Positions 60,381-64,000 of a stretch of 64,000 nt of DNA are shown piece by piece. The notes below the pieces were generated by a model, which searched no databases, had not been told where the DNA came from, and saw only the letters and a list, made by a program, of their open reading frames with translations. The stretch covers positions 743 through 64,742 of the forward strand of contig JBBQZN010000008.1 of assembly GCA_038207725.1 (NCBI GenBank), given 5' to 3'. This DNA is from Bacteroidales bacterium. Its GTDB lineage: Bacteria > Bacteroidota > Bacteroidia > Bacteroidales > VadinHA17. Each line of letters opens with the position of its first letter. Within the stretch, counting starts at the first letter, position 1. Made by a program: the position numbers and the translations under genes.

Positions 60381-61631
60381 ATGAGTAAAAAAACCTATCT
60401 GCTTGTCCTGATTTTCCTGATCTTTTTTGCGATATCTTTCTTAACAAATATCCTTGGAGCAATAAATCCTAATGTCAGCGATAGTTTTAAACTCAGCGGC
60501 ACTATGACAGGGATGCTTCCTTTCTCTTTTTTCATTGCCTATGCTTTAATGTCAATACCTTCGGGTATGATTGTTCAGAAATACAGTGAAAAAAGAAGTT
60601 TAATTGCTGCCTGGATTCTGGCTTTTGCCGGAGCCTTACTGTTTACACTTGTTCCTGTATTTCCTGTTTTTCTGTGTTCTCTTTTTCTGATAGGCTGCGG
60701 AATGGCTCTGTTACAGGTTGCTATATATCCATTATTGAGAGTATCAGGAGGGGAGGAGCATTTTGCATTTAATTCTGTTATTGCCCAACTTGTTTTCGGT
60801 GGAGCCTCTTTTTTAAGTCCGTTTGTTTATTCTTACCTCGTAACAAACCTTGGGGCTCAGGAACCAGTTAATGGCGGATTCATAAATTTAATTTCAAAGC
60901 TGACTCCGGAAAAACTTCCATGGGTATCAATCTACGTTATTTTTGCTGCTATTAGTATTATAATGGCAGTAGTTATTTTCTCAGTTCGTTTTCCAAAAGT
61001 GATCAGAAGGGATGATGAGATAGTGGGTGCCTGGAAAACTCATCTGGAACTTTTCAGGTCACGAACTGTAATTCTTTTCTTTTTAGGGATCTTTGCATAT
61101 GTCGGAGTTGAACAGGGCATATCAAACTGGATTTCAGAATTTCTGCGAACATACCATGGAATTAAACCTGAGTCAGGAGGAGCTGCAACTGTCGGATTAT
61201 TCTGGGGTATGATGACTATAGGGTGCATACTGGGACTCATTTTACTTAAGGTAATGGACAGTAAGCTTGTTCTGAGGATCTTTACTTTCACAGCTTTGGT
61301 TGTGCTGACTTTCACTCTTTTTGGAAAAGCTGAGTTTGCTCTGATAGGTTTCCCGGCACTGGGTTTCTGTCTGTCAGTTATGTATGCTATTATTTTTTCA
61401 CTGGCACTTAACAGCGTTTCTAAATTTCATGGTTCATTTTCAGGTATATTGTGCACCGCGATAGCCGGAGGTGCTTTTTTTTCATTGCTGATCGGAAATC
61501 TGAAAGACATGATAGGACTGCAAGCCGGTATGATGATATTATATCTTCCGTTGGCATATATTCTAAGTATAAGCTTTTGGGCTAAACCACTTGTGCAGAA
61601 TGCAACACTTAACATGAAAACGATTAATTAA
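60381..61631 (+). CDS. MFS sugar transporter, FucP/GluP family
   Basis: 12 TM, FFIAY..MSIP.G, LQVAIYP, YVGVEQG, FWG.M.IG. Confidence 0.9.
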   Translation: MSKKTYLLVLIFLIFFAISFLTNILGAINPNVSDSFKLSGTMTGMLPFSFFIAYALMSIPSGMIVQKYSEKRSLIAAWILAFAGALLFTLVPVFPVFLCSLFLIGCGMALLQVAIYPLLRVSGGEEHFAFNSVIAQLVFGGASFLSPFVYSYLVTNLGAQEPVNGGFINLISKLTPEKLPWVSIYVIFAAISIIMAVVIFSVRFPKVIRRDDEIVGAWKTHLELFRSRTVILFFLGIFAYVGVEQGISNWISEFLRTYHGIKPESGGAATVGLFWGMMTIGCILGLILLKVMDSKLVLRIFTFTALVVLTFTLFGKAEFALIGFPALGFCLSVMYAIIFSLALNSVSKFHGSFSGILCTAIAGGAFFSLLIGNLKDMIGLQAGMMILYLPLAYILSISFWAKPLVQNATLNMKTIN

Positions 61632-61737
61632 CTCAGGTTGGCACTTAATATTCAAAATAAACTATGCCAAAAACTCCCTTAGATCCTTGTGAGGAGGCTA
61701 CTTGCATATAAGTATATTTTTCCTATTTTTATGACCT

Positions 61738-63519
61738 ATGGAGAAATCAGCTAAAACAACGAATCAGAGTATTATTACCTTAAGCTTTGTGATTCTGTAT
61801 TTCATACTGAACTTCCTCTATTTCTTGTTTTTTAATAGTAACCACCTTAGTTATCAGGAACAGATTCAGCTCTTCCGTTTCGATACAGCATATTTCTCTG
61901 AGTTTCTTTCAAAACCCGGAGGGTTGGCAGAATACGCAGGGACTTTCCTCATTCAGTTTTATCTTTTTCCGGTAGTTGCCTCATTATTAGTAACATTGAT
62001 TTCAGTGGTCCTTTTTTTTGCTACCAGGACTACGCTGAGAAAATTTAAAATAAAAGGTATACTCTGGTCAATGATTCCGGTATTAATTATTGCCCTTTTA
62101 CAAAGCGATCATGTTTATTATATCGGATATACAATTGCATTCATTATTGCAGTTTTATATTTCAATTTATACACCTCCTTTAAGAATAGTAGTCTTCGGA
62201 TATCAGCTGGAATTGTCACCTGGGGCATGTTGTATATCGCAGTAGCAGAGTTCGCATATATTTCTGGTGCAGTTATTTTTATCTATGAAATCATGGCTGC
62301 CAGGAATAATAAACACATAATTTTTGCTCTTTTCTTTATTGCTGCGATATTTCTGATCGTGATAGCTGTATTCCAGTTTATTTATATACTGCCCTACTCA
62401 TACAGATGGATAAATCCACTTATATTTATTGGTAACTTAACAACAAAAGTAGGTTTAGGGCTCTTGCTCGCTTATCTTCCGTTACTATTAATTCTTAACT
62501 CCGGTTGGATTTGGATTTCCGGATATTTCAAATTTGAATCGGGCTTATCAGTAAATTATGAAATCGTTGCTCTGATCATGTTTATGGTTCTCTCAGTGAT
62601 AGCAATACGATTTTCTTACGACTATAAAACTGAGATTCTCCTCGGGATAGATAACAGTATTGAAAAAAGAGACTGGAATAGGGCATTGGAATATTCTGTT
62701 AAGTCACCGGGGGCTAATCAGATCGTTGTTTACTTAACCAATATTGCATTGTATAAGTCGGGGAAAATGTGCGATAATATGTTTAATTATAATCAGATAG
62801 GAAACTCAGGCTTATGGCTTGGCTGGGGAAATGATGCCTCACCCTTTTTCGGAAGTGAGGTTTTCTATCAGATGGGTTATATTAATGAGGCACAGCGGTG
62901 GGCTTATGAAGCTATGGTAGCGCAGGGGCAGGCTCCTCGTTTAATGAAGAGGCTGGCTCTTACATCAATGATAAATGGTGATGTTAGAGTTGGGGAGAAA
63001 TATCTGAATGTTCTTAACAATACTCTTTTCTATAGAAGTTGGGCTCGTAATTATTTGAAGTTAACTGGTAATCCGGAACTCCTGAAAAGCGATCCGGAGA
63101 TTTTGGAAAAAAGCCGTTTCCGTGTTAATAAGGACTTTCTGGCGGATGTCAACAGACATGATCTTGAGCTTGTTCAACTTCTCGATAACCACCCTGATAA
63201 CAGAATGGCGTTTGAATATCTGATGGCTTCATTACTTTTGCAAAAGGATACTGACACTTTTGTAAGCTACCTGAACAGATTAAAAGAATTTGGGTATAAA
63301 GAGATCCCTGTCCATCTTGAAGAGGCCTTACTGGCCAAAAAGGCCGATTCGGACAAGAGTATTATACCTGAAGGCTATGATATAAGGCCATCAACGCGAC
63401 AAAGGTTTAACGACTATCTGAAATCAAGCGCATCATATTCAGGTAATCGAGATAATTTGGCTCAGTTTATGTCGAAAAGGTTTGGTGGAACTTACTGGTT
63501 TTATTTGCAATTTAAATGA
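61738..63519 (+). CDS. DUF6057-type polytopic membrane protein, copy 2
   Basis: QEQIQLF, KPGGL, INEAQRWAYE, NRMAFEYL, terminal TYWFYLQFK; paralog of 5418..7217. Confidence 0.82.
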   Translation: MEKSAKTTNQSIITLSFVILYFILNFLYFLFFNSNHLSYQEQIQLFRFDTAYFSEFLSKPGGLAEYAGTFLIQFYLFPVVASLLVTLISVVLFFATRTTLRKFKIKGILWSMIPVLIIALLQSDHVYYIGYTIAFIIAVLYFNLYTSFKNSSLRISAGIVTWGMLYIAVAEFAYISGAVIFIYEIMAARNNKHIIFALFFIAAIFLIVIAVFQFIYILPYSYRWINPLIFIGNLTTKVGLGLLLAYLPLLLILNSGWIWISGYFKFESGLSVNYEIVALIMFMVLSVIAIRFSYDYKTEILLGIDNSIEKRDWNRALEYSVKSPGANQIVVYLTNIALYKSGKMCDNMFNYNQIGNSGLWLGWGNDASPFFGSEVFYQMGYINEAQRWAYEAMVAQGQAPRLMKRLALTSMINGDVRVGEKYLNVLNNTLFYRSWARNYLKLTGNPELLKSDPEILEKSRFRVNKDFLADVNRHDLELVQLLDNHPDNRMAFEYLMASLLLQKDTDTFVSYLNRLKEFGYKEIPVHLEEALLAKKADSDKSIIPEGYDIRPSTRQRFNDYLKSSASYSGNRDNLAQFMSKRFGGTYWFYLQFK

Positions 63520-63535
63520 TTAATAGTCAATAAGA

Positions 63536-64000
63536 ATGGAAAGATCCGATGAGAAACAGTTAATCCTGTTTGGGAGTATTTCTTTATTAGTAATGATTCT
63601 TATATGTTTTTTGATAATATTCCAGTCATGCTCAGGAGAAATAAAGAATTTTAGTAATGTCGACAGAGAACCTCTTTTAATTCCAGACTATACAGGAATA
63701 ACTATTCCACCCAACATAGCACCGATGAATTTTGCAATCAGCGAGAGCGGGGATAAGTTCAGGGTTAATATTATGTCACAATCAGGATTGTCAATTACAA
63801 TTAATTCAAATGACAGTATCATTCAAATACCTTCGGGTAAGTGGAAGAAACTTCTTAATTCTGCTGCCGGATCAAATATCACCTATGAAATAAGTATCAG
63901 AAAAAGCGGAAAGTGGACCCGATTTCAAAATGTTGTAAATAGAGTTGCCCCGGATTCCATTGACAGTCATCTTGTTTACAGATTGATAGATCCGGGATTT
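63536..64000 (+). CDS. TolB/PD40 propeller lipoprotein paralog, partial (runs off window)
   Basis: Translated by hand: MERSDEK...FQSC lipobox, PDYTGITIPPNIAPMNF, WKKLL, IDSHLVYRLIDPGF; matches N-terminus of 7214..8788. Confidence 0.88.
   Translation, partial: MERSDEKQLILFGSISLLVMILICFLIIFQSCSGEIKNFSNVDREPLLIPDYTGITIPPNIAPMNFAISESGDKFRVNIMSQSGLSITINSNDSIIQIPSGKWKKLLNSAAGSNITYEISIRKSGKWTRFQNVVNRVAPDSIDSHLVYRLIDPGF

Overview
64 kb of AT-rich chromosomal DNA from a Bacteroidota (Bacteroidales-like, probably anaerobic) organism, judged from a SusC/SusD pair, TAnnTTTG promoter elements and the gene families present. It is densely coding: susC/susD, a four-gene envelope operon ending in a CxxCH beta-propeller lipoprotein plus a DUF6057-type membrane protein (a second copy of this pair, in reversed order, lies at the right edge), iorAB, a second ssb, bglX, mltG, murB, GH109, a seven-gene Ehr (hydrogenase-4-like, NiFe-less) membrane complex, ggt, DPP-III, PiT/DUF47, a DEDDh-GIY-YIG nuclease, AmrS radical SAM and a glycan/sugar-acid catabolic cluster. 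I found no rRNA, tRNA, CRISPR array, prophage or transposase. Most notable: (1) the Ehr complex has a tandemly duplicated HyfB-like antiporter subunit and a small subunit in which three of the four proximal Fe-S cysteines read Asp/Asp/Asn; (2) a helically phased GTTT array and a palindrome between a tail-less ssb and a divergent Zn-ribbon gene; (3) the twice-present DUF6057/CxxCH-propeller module; (4) at least four families of short intergenic repeats, with repeats adjoining two apparently truncated genes (SRAP, thioredoxin). All family assignments come from motif recognition, not database searches.
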